A stretch of DNA of 64,000 nt from Eledone cirrhosa (GCA_964016885.1 OZ024759.1:20336001-20400000), one strand, 5' to 3'. Counted from the first letter of the stretch, positions 25,084 through 39,566 are shown. Translations and numbers: made by a program. Notes: generated by a model not told the origin, from the sequence alone.

Positions 25084-25320
25084 CATCATCATCATACGTC
25101 AGCTTTTCCCTGCTTGAAAGGGTTGGACGGGTCCAATTCAGCACGGCATCTCTCTACTTGTCATAGTCCTTTTGTCATCTCCTCCGTGAGCTTCAGCGAT
25201 CTGAGGTCTGCTCTCACCACCTCTGCCCATCTTTTACATGGTCTACCTCTACTGCATCTTCCTTCTACTGGGATTTCTTGGCACTTCTTAACCCAGCGGT
25301 CATTCTCCATGTGCATCACA
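25084..25320 (-). mobile_element. 3' end of an RTE LINE sharing its tail with the SINE
   Basis: Translates VMHMENDRWVKKCQEIPVEGRCSRGRPCKRWAEVVRADLRSLKLTEEM; ends AACCCTTTCAAGCAGGGAAAAGCTGACGTA(TGA)n, like the SINE tail. Confidence 0.8.
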
Positions 25321-25603
25321 TATACACAGTAAGGTTAATTGTGAAGGTTAAAATGTAGGTATTCAAAATTCCTTTAGTCATAAAGCTGTGATACATGATG
25401 GCAATCAGGGCTGTGTGTTGCTTTGATCATGTAACCAGTAATGCTACATTATCAGACTATATGTGTATATGTGTGTGTGTGTGTGTGTATAAAGGGTGTG
25501 TGAAAAGAAATGCCCTATTTACACACACACTCACACACATACATATGTGTATGTGTGTGTGTAAATAGGGTGTTTCTTTTCAAACATCATGTATATTTAT
25601 ATC

Positions 25604-25814
25604 GACAGTCGATCGACTTTCGTCAAATCGGACCGAGGAAACAATGTTTCCATTGGTCTTTCCACTTCCTAATACTATCTGTCGGTCGCAACTCCAGGTA
25701 GAAGGAACGATGTGAAATAAAGTGTCTTGCCCAAGGACATAATGCATCGCTCTGTCTGGGGATTGAACTCACCTCACGATTGCAAATCCAATACTTTAAC
25801 CGCTGAGCCATGCA

Positions 25815-25816
<2 letters not shown>
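25604..25816 (-). mobile_element. CORE-type SINE with the AAAGACCAATGGAAACATTG body
   Basis: Matches 49869-50084 (-) and 1935-2060 (+). Confidence 0.8.
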
Positions 25817-25847
<31 letters not shown>

Positions 25848-25851
<4 letters not shown>

Positions 25852-26046
25852 TTAATATAGAAGAGATTCTACAGGACTAGAACTGTTTCATTCATTAGAA
25901 ATCATCAGGAATCAGATTCCTGATGATTTCTAATGAATGAAACAGTTCTAGTCCTGTAGAATCTCTTCTATATTAAAACTGTTATACTCTGCTATGTATT
26001 GAGTACCTTACTTACTGTGGTTACCTCCGATTCAACCCGGAATAAC

Positions 26047-26048
<2 letters not shown>
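25848..26048. mobile_element. Penelope-like element H1 with a perfect 133-bp palindrome (25848-25980)
   Basis: Arms 25848-25913 and 25915-25980 are exact reverse complements around one A; unique tail to 26048; (TA)n on both sides. Confidence 0.8.
25914..25964 (+). ncRNA. Type I hammerhead ribozyme motif (family H1); mirror copy on minus strand at 25865-25913
   Basis: AGATTC-CTGATGA-TTTCTAATGAAT-GAAA-CAG TTCTAGTC CTG-TA-GAATCT. Confidence 0.78.
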
Positions 26049-26088
<40 letters not shown>

Positions 26089-26559
26089 ATCCTCCTCCCC
26101 ACACGTCTATATTTATATGTTGAGTCATAGGTAACTCCAAACACCACTCCAAGTGTCTGTTTACACATAGATATGTATATGTTTTCATTAACACGTACAC
26201 ACACACGCACACACATGCACATTCCCATAAACGCATATATAGACACAAGCATCCCCCCACCCACATACACAAATATATATATACACACACATATAAATAT
26301 ATACATGTAAACACAGACATGCAAGCACACACATAGATGCAAGCACATACATTTATATATATATTTTTTAAAACATACACAAAAACACTCATATATATAT
26401 ATACACACTCACATATATATACACACTCACATTATGTATTGATTGATTGATTGATTGATTTATTGCAGGTCAATACACTACAATGAATGTAATGAAAGAA
26501 AATAATAAAATGAAGTAAAAATAGAAATTATAATAATTATCAATGTAAAATAACAACAC

Positions 26560-28080
26560 AATTAAAATCAACAACATAACCACCAAGAGCTACATCACCT
26601 ACAACAACAGTTACAGCACCAACAACAGCACCACAACCAACACCACCACAACCAACAGTACCACAACCAACACTACCACCACCACTGCCACCACTGCCAC
26701 CACCACCACAACCAACACCACCACCACAACCAACACCAACACCACCACCACCAAAAACAGCACTACAACCAACACCACCACCACCACCACCACAACAAAC
26801 ACCACCACCACCAAAAACAGCACCACAACCAACACCAGCACCACTGCCACCAACAGCACCACAACCAACACCACCAACAACACCACCACCACCACAACCA
26901 CCAACAACACCACCAACAACACCACCAACACCACCACCACAACCAACACCACCACCACAACCAACACCACCAACACCACCACCACCACCACCAACAACAC
27001 CACCACCAACACCACCACCACCAAAAACAGCACCACAACCAACACCAACACCACTGTCACCAACAGCACCACAACCACCACAACCAACACCACCAAAACC
27101 ACCACCACAACCATGACCACTGCCACCAACAACAACGCCACCACTAACAATAACAAAAATACTACCAACACCACCACCACCACTAACAATACCACCACCA
27201 CCACCACCAATACCATCACCACCACCACCACCAATAATACCATCACCACCACCACCACCATCACCAAAAACATCACTAACAATAACAGAAATACTACTAA
27301 CAACAACAAGAACAACAACAGCAATAGCATCACCACTACCAACAGCAGCAGCAACAAAAGTAACAACTCCACACAAGCAGCAGCGAAATTCAGAGGTAGC
27401 ACAATTGCAACAGTTATAAATATCTCCTCCCCCTCCCAGCACCTCCACTACCACCATCATCCATATCACCAACACTGTCTTCACCATCACCACCATCTCC
27501 ATCACCACCACCACCACCACCACCATCTCCACCACCATCACCACCACCATCTCCACTGTCATCACCATCACTACCACCACCACCGGTATCACCACCATTA
27601 CCACTGATATCACCACCACCACCACCATTGTCACCCCCCTCCTCCATCATCACCCCCACCACCACCATCATCACCTCCACCACCATCATCACCTCCACCA
27701 CCATCATCACCTCCACCACCATCATCACCCCCCCCCCCCCCCACCATCATCACCCCCACCACCATCACCACCTCCATTACCACCACCTCCACTACCACCA
27801 CCACCATCCTCCCACCATCATCACCACCACCACCACCACCACCATCCTCCCACCGCCACCTCCACACCACTCACCACCACCACTGTCACCACCACCACCA
27901 CTGTCACCACCACCGTCACCACCACCACCACCACTGTCACCACCTCCATCAACCCACTACCACCACCACCACCACTGTCACCACCACCACCACCACTACC
28001 ACCACCACTGTCACCACCACCACCACTGTCACCACCACCACCACCACCACCACCACCACCACTGTCACCACCACCACTAC
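26560..28080. repeat. (CCA/ACA/CAC)n trinucleotide low-complexity array
   Basis: Direct reading; long ORFs in several frames on both strands. Confidence 0.9.
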
Positions 28081-29527
28081 TTCTTCCTTCTCCTCACCAA
28101 ATCAAATGTCAAAAAAGGACACTCACTTGTATTATTAGTAATTAAGTTGGTGGCTGTTCTGGGTGGTGGAATTGAGAGGTAGAGTAGGAAAGAGGAGCTC
28201 CAGGGAGTGGATATGAGGTACGGAGGGGGGTGTAGGGTGGGCTCGGGTGGAGGTGGGTAGGGTGGGGAGTTCCATAATAGGACATGGAAAATAAATAAAT
28301 AAATAAATAAATAATGCTAAAAATGACTGATTTTTTTTTCTTCCAAAAAAGCTATTCAAATTCATTGAGGCAAACATTTTCCCCTCCCATAAAACACTGG
28401 CATACTTAAGTGTTATATATGTATGTATATATGTATATATATACATGTATACATACATGTATAACATGCATACACATATATATATATATATACATACATA
28501 TACATTTATATACATGCACACACATACACGCACATAAATATATATATACATTTATATATATATTTATTTATGTGTGTGCATGTGTATGTATGTATGTATA
28601 TGTATGTATGTATGTATATATATACATGCATACATACATGTATAACATGCATACACATATATATATATACATGCACATACATATATATACATGCACACAC
28701 ATACACGCACATAAATATATATATACATTTATATATATATTTATTTATGTGTGTGCATGTGTATGTATGTATGTATATGTATGTATGTATATATATACAT
28801 GCATACATACATGTATAACATGCATACACACATATATATATATATATATACATACATATACATTTATATACATGCACACACATACATGCACATAAATATA
28901 TATATATATACATTTATATATATATATATATATTTATGTGTGTATGTATGTATATATATGTATGTATGTATATATATACATGCATACATACTTGTATAAC
29001 ATGCATACACATATATATACATGCACATACATATATATACATGCACACACATACACGCACAGATATATATATACATTTATATATATATATATTTATGTGT
29101 GTGCATGTGTATGTATGTGTGTATATATATATATACACACGTGCGCACATGGAAGTAAATATATATATGTACATATATTTATATATGCATGTGTGTGTGT
29201 ACATATATATATATACACATACACACACACAATGTTCATTTATTAATCAATGCATTTATCCATCCATCCATGCATCCATATATGCAATTTATACACATAC
29301 ATATACACACATCTACCTACTTACCTCCATTCATACCCAGATATGTATGTATGTGTATGTGTATGTGTATAAGTAAAGCATATACAGACACATTTACATA
29401 TACATGTGTAAATACACTCCCGCATACATCGATATGATTTATATGTTTTAGTATAAATCTCGAATAAAAGTCAGAATATAGATTCCTATTTCAAATAGTT
29501 TGGGTGTAAAAGAATCATAAACAGGTG

Positions 29528-29567
<40 letters not shown>

Positions 29568-29573
29568 TGATAT

Positions 29574-29834
<261 letters not shown>

Positions 29835-29977
29835 AAGATACACAAACACACACACACACACACACACACAGAGGCTGGGGGATATTGAAAAATATTTCTT
29901 GGTTTTGAATGTCGTAGAATTGTTACTAATGGCTGTTTCCATTTATGCTGTCATTGATATATTATATATAGATATGT

Positions 29978-30258
29978 TTGTGTGTATCATCGACTTCAAA
30001 AAAGCCTTTGACTATGTTTAGCAAGAGAGTTTGTGGCAGGTAATAAAGAACTACATCTTCAACTACAGGAACCTCATTTAAGTAAGTCAAGCACTGTATG
30101 AATATTCAAACAGTGCAGTTCTCCTGAAGTTGAACATCAGACAAGTAAGTCTTCAGGACAACCGTGGGTGTTCAACAGGGATGTCTCTTCTCTCCAGTAC
30201 TTTAGTTCAACAAAGATATCTCCTCTCTCCATCTTCCTGCAGAACATCATGGAAGAGT
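29978..30258 (+). mobile_element. RTE LINE reverse transcriptase fragment (degenerate)
   Basis: IDFKKAFDYV...LW...ALYE...SAVLL...TTVGVQQGCLFSPVL with stops and frameshifts. Confidence 0.8.
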
Positions 30259-30540
30259 CATTCCAAAGCTGGGCGGGATTATTGGTTGGTAAGGAAAGAA
30301 TGTGATGATGATGGTGATAATGGCCCTTGAGGAGTGCCATATAAACTCTTTTGATACCAAACTTGCCTGACACCGCTCCCCTGGTTCTACAATATAAAAT
30401 TGTATAAAGAATGATGTGCTCATGCATGATGATGCTATAATATAGCTTATAAGATAGGGTAAAGACTCTTAAAAGACTGAAAAAGTTGTTGCCACTGGCA
30501 GATCAATGCAGAATCAAACCCCAGATATCTCCTAGGAACT

Positions 30541-30753
30541 TTAACTCTTTAGTATTCAAACTGGCCTTATTCGACCAGAATTCTCTCACCTCTTTCAGTT
30601 CAAACTCGCTGTAACTGGCCACTCATACTGATGCTAAGGTTTTGTTCTCACAATAAATATCAAAATCTAATAGATTCGACATTATGTAAGATAAAGTCTT
30701 TACTGCGAAAATACAAAGGTATATATAGAGTAATGTAAATGCTAAAGGGTTAA
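30541..30753. mobile_element. piggyBac-like MITE family A, empty (no SINE)
   Basis: TTAA-CTCTTTAGTATT ... AATGCTAAAGGG-TTAA. Confidence 0.8.
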
Positions 30754-30884
30754 ACCATTTAACCTAGGGATCATCACAACTCTTACTATCTTAAATTAGA
30801 TAGCTGAATCACAGCTTTCAGATGTCAAGATGTTGTATGTTAACAAACTGTTTGTGTGTAAAATTGTATATTTTTAAGTGCTTA

Positions 30885-31215
30885 TCTATATACTACTAAA
30901 GCTCTGTGATTGTGTCTTGTCTGTAATTTAATACAGCCAAAATGGTGCATAATGGAAAAATACTTTGAAAGAAAGTTGACCCTGAAATGGGAATACAAAT
31001 GGAATAAAACAAGTTTTGCATAAATCGGAGCACGGGTTCCCGAGATATGGGGTTTTTCCAGGTGCCTTCATAAATAGATAGAAACATAGTGGTTATGATA
31101 GAGTAAATTGAGAGAGAGAGAGGAAACAGAGAAGGAAAATGGAAGAGAGGGAGTGCGAGCTGTAAACATGATTTAAAAAAAATATTTGTGACCAAACGAG
31201 TCACGGGTGGTCAAG
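30885..31215 (+). mobile_element. Non-autonomous Helitron
   Basis: 5' A|TCTATATACTACTAAAG, 3' hairpin GTGAC...GTCAC then CAAG (degenerate CTAG); homologous to 21541-21765. Confidence 0.65.
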
Positions 31216-31219
31216 AATT

Positions 31220-31555
31220 TATCTAAAATGGGACAAAGAATCCAGGCATTTAAGCACAAGTGTTTCAGAAGGTTGTTATGCATGCAAGTCAACATGATGG
31301 TGAAAAGACAGAAGCTTGTTTGGTGTGGTTATATACTCCTCTACAACTCCAACTCTGTGTCTGAAACTGTCATTCAGGGCATAGTTGAAGGAGGCTGAAG
31401 AAGTGGCAGATAAAGGATATCTTAGTGTGACAACATCAAGGACTGGACAGGTCACTATACTGAGACCACTTTACATCTCATAAAGGATAGACTAGTGGCA
31501 ATGGCTGACTATGAAAGCATCTGAAGTGACGCCCCAAAGACTGTCTGCATCCACC
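31220..31555 (+). mobile_element. RTE LINE C-terminal fragment (likely the same element as 29978-30258)
   Basis: RIQAFKHKCFRRLL...VKRQKLVWCGY...VIQGIVEGG...DNIKDWTG...KDR. Confidence 0.8.
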
Positions 31556-31912
31556 ATTCCTGAGAACATGGTGATGTTGATACACACACACACACACACA
31601 CGTGTATATACACACATATATACACACACATACACACACAAAGTATATATTTACACACACACACAAACATATATACACACATACACACATACACACATAT
31701 ATATGCTGTATGCAAATTAATAAATTGATATATGTGTCATAAAGTGTTATCATAAACAGGTGTAAGATAAACATGGTGAACACGTGTTTCTATCAAATCT
31801 AACCTCAACATGAAACATAGATACAGTGTTTGGCTGCTTTCATTACTAACTTTTAATGAAATCTACTGCCAATGATTTTCTTATCATAGACAGCAGATTT
31901 GAAGTATTTAGT

Positions 31913-32190
31913 ATCATCATCATTATGATGATCTGGTAGCCTCAGCCGAAATCGACTGCACAATTGATCTCCATGTGGGTCTGTCGTTCATTGCCCTTGC
32001 CAAGTCCTGGATTACAATACCAGATTCTCTGGAGATGACATCAGGATAGGAGAGCTTGCACCTCCTGTTATTAGTGACTGCTTGTGGTTTCCAAAGCACT
32101 AATGTGGACACAGCCTCAGGGGTGGCAGTGGCCAGCAAATCTTACTCTCCTTTTAGGTACAATGACAGATATGCGTGGGAGGCTGGCATA
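31913..32190 (-). mobile_element. 3' end of another RTE-clade LINE with (GAT)n tail
   Basis: RRVRFAGHC...LVLWKP...LSYPDVISRESG...DLARAMNDRPTWRSIV*. Confidence 0.75.
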
Positions 32191-32204
32191 TAGTAATGTA
32201 GCTA

Positions 32205-32545
32205 AGGCGGTGAATTGGTAGAATCATTAGAACGTCTGATAAGAATGCTTTATGGTATTTGTTCCAACTCTCTGCTCTCTGAGTTCAAATCCCGCCGAGG
32301 TCAATTTTGCCTTTCAAGGTCGATAAAAAAAAAAGTACCAGTCTAATACTGGATCGATTCTTCCTCTATATCTCTTTCTCCCTTCCTCTCTCTCTCACTT
32401 TCTATCTTTCTCTGGAAGAAATCTGCTGTACTCAGGCCTGGAGATTGATGGGCTCTGCCAGGATTAAAATGTTCAAGAAATGCCGTATATCAATGCAGCA
32501 CCCCTACAACTCTATCAGGAGTTACGGGACAGAAAATACCTTTTG
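32205..32545 (+). mobile_element. Meta-like SINE, alternative-body subfamily
   Basis: B-box GAGTTCAAATCCCGCCGAGGTC; body shared with 14880-15192. Confidence 0.7.
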
Positions 32546-32559
32546 ATAATAGATGTTCA

Positions 32560-32734
32560 ATACTTCACCTGATATTCCACCTCTGTACACATGCATGCAT
32601 GTATCTGTGTGTATATCATGACTCAGACACTCTTCACTTTCCTGGCATTCGTACATTATTCTGTTTTATACATGCACCTTTGTTGAGTTGTAGTGCACCT
32701 GAGCACTGTACACAATAATTTCATTATTATTATT
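32560..32734 (+). mobile_element. 3' UTR of a LINE with (ATT)n tail (CR1/L2-like)
   Basis: GAGTTGTAGTGCACCTGAGCACT.TACACAATAATTTC(ATT)n shared with 50656-50830 (-). Confidence 0.6.
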
Positions 32735-32809
32735 TTAAAATGTTATCTGTGAACCTTGCAATAACAATGCATAGCCTGCCTGGTACCTTAGGACTCAGCC
32801 TGTATATAA

Positions 32810-33335
32810 ACATAATCACCTCTTCATTACCATATTTCTCATGAAAGGCATTGTCTAAGAGTTTCAAATCATAAAAACAAATTTGAAGGGATTTTGTAAT
32901 GTAATCTTATTATTAAGCTGGTGTTTAGAACATCACTGAATAAGAGTTCCTACATAAAATTATGATGGAAGGTTTTGAGATAAATATAAACACTTTAACA
33001 CTTTCTTTATCATATTCCGAATAAAAGACATTGCTTTGAGCGGAACTTAACAAAAGTTGCAACATAAAATTATAATGGAAGGTTTTGAGATAAATATAAA
33101 CACTTTAACCCTTTCTTTATCATATTTCTAATGAAAGACATTGCTTGGAGCAGAACTTTTACAAAAGTTCTTTCATAAAATTACGATGGAATGGTTTCAG
33201 ATAAATACTAACACATTAACCCATTCATTACCCTATTCTTAACGAAACACACTATGTATAATTTTCAAATAATTAGGAAAATAATCAAGAATTTCAGAGG
33301 ATTTAGTAATATAATTAGTTTTCGCATTATTAAGG
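32810..33335 (+). mobile_element. Tandem cluster of piggyBac-like MITE family B
   Basis: Repeated TTAACCCTTTC.TTA.CATATT...AAAATTATGATGGAAGGTTTT.AGATAAATATAAACACTTTAA units; also at 35870-37170, 41365-41468 and 46530-46800. Confidence 0.6.
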
Positions 33336-33636
33336 TTATCTCCCCTTGTTCCAATGTTTAGGAGAGAAATAACCACATGATTCAAGTTATAGAGGAATTA
33401 AGTTAGTTAAATCTATCACTTAGTTTATCAAATCCTGGCTATGTGGCTCCTACTCTTATCTTTGTTTTAAGTTGATGTTTCTAACGTCTGATAATGACTA
33501 TACTGTATTTATATATACACACACACACATATACACACACATATACACAAACACATATACATATACTCACACAGATATATACTCACACACATGTATACAT
33601 ATACTCACATGCACATATACATACACGCACTTTTAG

Positions 33637-33673
<37 letters not shown>

Positions 33674-33937
33674 GCACATACATACATACACACACAGACA
33701 TGCATGCATTTTTAGTATATTTATATACACACATATATATGTGTGTGTGTATATACTAAAATATATATATATATATATATGTGTATATATATATGTGTGT
33801 GCATATATATATATATATGCATACACACATATATATACACACATATATATACACACATATATATATGCACACACACATATATATACATACATGCACATAT
33901 ACATACATACATACACACATGCATACATATACACATG

Positions 33938-33972
<35 letters not shown>

Positions 33973-34277
33973 CTTCGTTAATACAAATAATTTGATGTTA
34001 GCGCTTATCTCTTAACAGAAGAAATTTCTCTCATTAAGTGATAAGCATTGAGGGGAAAGTATTAGTGTTAACGAAGACGTGTATATATGTGTGTATATAT
34101 GTGTGTGTGTATATAGAGAGAGAGTGAGTGAGAGAGAGAGAAGTGAGTTTTTCACAATCTTATAAAATGGCTGAGAAAATTCAGGAAAGTAATTGTTTAC
34201 TAAGCTTCACCAGGCTATTCAGTGAGCTAAAGTGGTTGTCATATCAGAACTCATTATGTATGTATACCACCACCACC

Positions 34278-34311
<34 letters not shown>

Positions 34312-35174
34312 TCATTCTATCCATTTGTTTCCATGCTTGCATGGGTTGGACAGGTCCTTCTCAGCACAGCATCTCTCCACAGGTTTTCTATTTAAATTGA
34401 ATGTTCACACACACACACACTAACACTCACACACACACATAAACTCACACACACACATAAACTCACACTCACTCACATCCACACACTCATACACACTCAC
34501 ACACACACACACTCATACACACTCACACACACACACTCACACACACACACACTCACACACACACACTCACACTCACACACACACACTCACACTCACACAC
34601 ACACACACACTCACACATTTATTATTCCAAGTAATCAGTGCTGGTTGAACAACCAATTGAGGTTGTGGTGTAATCAGACATAAGAACTCCATGACATGGG
34701 AAGCATAAGGTATTACCCATATTATGAAAAAGAAGACGTTATTACATACCCATCTTCAATTTATTATAGAGTTTGTGAAGGTGTCAAGACAAAAAGCGCC
34801 CAGTCCACCCTGTAGATTTGGTTTGTGTTAGGAAGGGCATCCAGTTCTGTTTGAGCAAGACATGGTCATCTGATCTGACATGTCTTGCAGCAGGACAACT
34901 TGACTAAGCCATGCTAGCTTGGAAAAATGGATGTTAAATGATGTCACACACACATGGCTGACTGAATACACAGGCTTTTTCTCCAAGATTTTGTTCTCTT
35001 CTTTCCTCTTATTCTCTAACTTTCTACTTCATCTTTTATTTTTATCATATCTCCTGATGAAAGACTAGTGTCCAAAATGTAAAGACACTTTTCCTGCTAT
35101 ATCAAGTGTTAAACTAATATATTTCTTCATTGTTCTGTGTTTGCTTTGTTTTTTTCATTTACTTTTATCCTATT

Positions 35175-35249
<75 letters not shown>

Positions 35250-35461
35250 ATGACTGTGCATGTCCACTGGCATATCACAATGATTACATAACTGCACAAA
35301 TGATTGCGTAAGCATCTGACGAAGTCACATGAATAATGTAATAAACAAAACTTTGCCTTTCATCCTTACGGGGTCGATAAAATAAAGTACCAGTAATGCA
35401 CTGGGATAATTGCTGGCCTTGTGCCAATAGTAGAAACAATTATTTGATATATATATATAGT

Positions 35462-35616
35462 GAAGGTGCACGGCTTAGTGGTTAGAGCATTGGGCTTGCA
35501 ATCGAAAGGTTGTGAGTTCAATTCTCAGACCGGGTGATCTGTTGTTTCCTTGAGCAAGACACTTTATTTCACATTGCTCCAGTTTACTCAGCTGTAGAAA
35601 TGAGATGATAGGGACT
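35462..35616 (+). mobile_element. CORE-type SINE head flanked by Meta-like SINE fragments (35350-35443 +, 35625-35696 -)
   Basis: GGCTTAGTGGTTAG...GAGTTCAATTC...CCTTGAGCAAGACACTTTATTTCACATTGCTCCAG. Confidence 0.8.
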
Positions 35617-35869
35617 GTACATTAATGGTACTTTATTTTATCGACCCCGTAAGGATGAAAGGCAAAGTTGACCTCGGTGGGATTTGAACTCAGAATATAT
35701 ATATATTAATAATACACACGCATATATCATATATTATATATATATATCACATCTCCACACAGACTCACAGATTTCATGTTACAGGTTATATAAGTACCAT
35801 ATTTTAAGTTTACTATCTTGATAACGAAATAACTTATAATTTTAATAAATCTCTCAAAATTGATCATTA

Positions 35870-37170
35870 ATTAATTGAAATATGGTGTGTTTAATTAGAG
35901 ATACAGACACAGAAGTCTTAACAAATGTTCTATTATAAAAATACGATGGAATATGTTTAGATAAATGTAAACAGCTCTGTATCATAGACCAAAGGGTTTG
36001 GTTTGAGGTGGTTTGGTATTAAATAGTTAAGATGGTGTTTGGAACATAACTTAACAAAGGAAAGTTTTAGATAAGGTTAAACAGTGATGATGAATACTTT
36101 AACCCTTTACTGAAGCCAGGAAAAATATGAAATTATATTCCTTTAATCCTTTAGCATTTTCATGGTAACCCTTTCCATGGTAAACATTTTATTTCACATA
36201 ATTATCTCACATAATATCAAATCTACGAAATTTTGATATTATATATTCTGAGAACAATACATTAACCCTTTAGCATTTAAACCAGCCATATCTGCTCAGA
36301 ATTCTCTCACTTCTTTCTGTTCAAACTGGCTGATGTTAATGTATTGTTTTCAAAATAAATATCAAAATCTCATAGATTCGGTATTATGTGAGATATTTAC
36401 TGTGAAAATATAAAAGTAAATATAGAGTAATGTAAATGCTAAACAGCTTTGTATCATAGAAACAGGGGCAGTTTCAGTCAGTTTATCAAATAGTAAAGCT
36501 AGTGTTTGGAACATAACTTAACAAAGTTCCTTAAATAAAATTATGATGGAAGGTTTATATAAACACTTTAAAATAAATACCGTATTTCTCGGCGTTGAAG
36601 ACGCTACTTTTTTCCTAAAATAAATCTCAAAAATCTACCATGCGTCCTGGAGGCCGAAGGTTGTTTATTTTTTTATTTTTGGTTGTCAAACTTAGGGTGC
36701 GTCCTCGAGGACAGGAAATGCAGCAGCTTTGTATTGTGAAACCAGAGATGTGTTCCAGTTGTTTTGTTATCAAAAATGTTAAGCATTTCATTACCATGAG
36801 CAAATGAAAGTCTCTGCCTATGCTTTTCAAATAATTTTGTAAATAACCAAGAATTTGTAGAGATTTAGTAATATAGTCATATTACTCATTATTCAATTGG
36901 TGTTTGGAACACAACTTAAGCTTTTTACATAACATTATGATGGAAAGTTCTTAGATAAATGTATACACTTTAAAATAAACCACTTTGTATCATAGAACCA
37001 GGGCTGGTTTCATACAATTTCATATAAAATAGTTAAGCTGGTGTTTGGAACTTAGTTTTTTTAGATAAATTCCATTTTTATGATAGGTTTTCAGATAAAT
37101 ATAAACATAATAAAATAAACATTTCTGTATCATAAAAGCAGGGGGTAGGGGCCAGTAACAAAAGGGTTAA
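35870..37170 (+). mobile_element. MITE pile-up: family B units, family A copies (36143-36261, 36262-36444) and a pogo-like MITE (36578-36725)
   Basis: TTAACCCTTTAGCATTT start, TACCGTATTTCTCGGCGT..AAGACG TIR, terminal AAAAGGGTTAA at 37160-37170. Confidence 0.6.
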
Positions 37171-38009
37171 AGGTTTATATGTGTGAGATGAATGAACAGT
37201 AATAAGATTATAGTGTTTCGGGCTGTTAACATCAGATGAAAAAGAATAGTTTTTGAATATTTACATCTATTGCTTTGGTTTGATTAGTTTGATCTTTGAT
37301 CGAAACCAAGTGGAGATGTAAATATTGAGTCTATTGATTGATCTGTAATATACATGTAAATATTATGACTATATATATATATGTGTGTGCGCGTGTGTGT
37401 GTATGTGTGTTTCTATATATAGGTGCACACACACACATACGTTTGTGTGTGTGTGTATATATATATATGTATATAACCAAAGAAAATGTTAGACTAAAGT
37501 TCTTACATCATTTAATGCCTTACAATTGTTTCAACATTTCCACCGATCATTACACAGTTAGTTAAAATTCAAGATGTACAACATATGCAAAGACGGAAGC
37601 AATATCCTATCAGATGCAAAAATAAGCAGAAAATACACTGGAAGGTCAAGCCCTATAGGGCAAGATGCGGGTCACTAGAGGTTACATTTCAATATGATGC
37701 GCTACAGATTCAGGTTTATTACTATGAAAAAAGTAACTGTTATATGATGTAATATAATGTTTGATTTTTGTTCTGTGTTTAAATCTATCATATTTTTATA
37801 TGATTGATGTAATATCTCTCGTATCTTTCACCAAAAACTACATAAACATGTTGAACTTTGTATAAATCTATTTAGCAATTTTATGCTCTCCTATATAGCT
37901 CTCTGCATGCAAATAGTGACTTTATTTCCATCATTCAATCACTTTTATCCTTCCTCAACACGACACATCCCCCCCCCCCACACACACACACAGCCACCAT
38001 CATCACCAT

Positions 38010-38680
38010 CAAAATCACCAACACACCACAACACAGCGAACAACATCACCATCAAAATTAACACAACACAACATAGCACAGCCAACATCACCCTCAAAAT
38101 TACACAACACAACACAACACAACACAACACAGCCAACATCACCTTCAAAATTACACAACACAAACATCACCATCAAAATTACACAACACAACACAACACA
38201 ACAAACATCACCATCAAAATTACACAACACAACACAACAAACATCACCATCAAAATTAACAGAGCACAACACAGCCAACATCACAATCAAAATTGACAAC
38301 ACACCACGACAAAGCAAATATCACCATCAAAATTAACACACCACAACACAACACAGCCAGCATCACCATCAAAATTGGCAACAGAACACAACACATCCAA
38401 CAACATCCCCATCAAACACAACACTACCTAACGCAGCCAAGCCAACAACAGCACCATCAAAATCAACACAAGAACCAGTGTCCTTAATACACCACACCAA
38501 CCCACATAACACATAACACACACACCACACCACAAAACACAGTAACACAGCATACAACACAATACAACACAACACAACACACCACACCACACACAACCAT
38601 CTAAGTAACACCACCACTACTGTCAAAATTAACACAAAAACCACAAAACAACACACACACACACACACACACACAAACAA
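38010..38680. repeat. AACATCACCATCAAAATTACACAACAC / (CACAA)n minisatellite
   Basis: Direct reading. Confidence 0.85.
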
Positions 38681-38953
38681 TGTCCTCCTCATCTGTTGAG
38701 AGACTTTTACTAAATAAAGCACAAAACACAACACAGCCCAGCCAACCCACCCTTTAACACCATTGGCCAAATCCTGCAAAAGAGACTGACTATATCTGAT
38801 TTATAAACGTGTGAACGTGAACAGATGTGGGATTTAGCAGTGAATTGTTGAGTACAGTTGAAGCAATTTAGCTAAAGTGCTTACTGCTTTTGGAAGTAGA
38901 AAGTAGAAAAGGGGGTTTGTTGGCATTCCTTTACACACTCACATATACATAGA

Positions 38954-39013
<60 letters not shown>

Positions 39014-39566
39014 ATATGCATGTATATATATATATGTGTATATATATATGTATGTATATATATGTATATATATGTATACATGCATGTGTATATTTATGTA
39101 TATACATGTATATATATATGTATATATGTGCATATGAATGTGTGTGTATATATGCATATGAATGTGTGTGTGTATATATATGTGTGTATATGCATGTATA
39201 TATATATATGTGTATATATATATATATATATATGTATACATGCATGTGTATATGTATATACATGTATATATATATATATATATGCATATGAATATGTGTA
39301 TATATATATGTGTGTATATGCATGTATATATATATATGTGTGTATATATATATATATGTGTGTGTATATATATATATATATGTGTATATATATATATATG
39401 TATATATATATGTATACATGCATGTGTATATTTATGTATATATACATGTGTGTATATATATATATATATGTGTATATATATATATGTATATATATATGTA
39501 TACATGCATGTGTATATTTATGTATATATACATGTATATATATATATGTATATATATGCATATGAA

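Noticed and set aside
26540-27634. 364-aa Gly/Val/Cys-rich ORF resembling a structural protein
   Set aside because: It lies within a CCA/ACA trinucleotide array open in several frames, with no unique domain or splice support.
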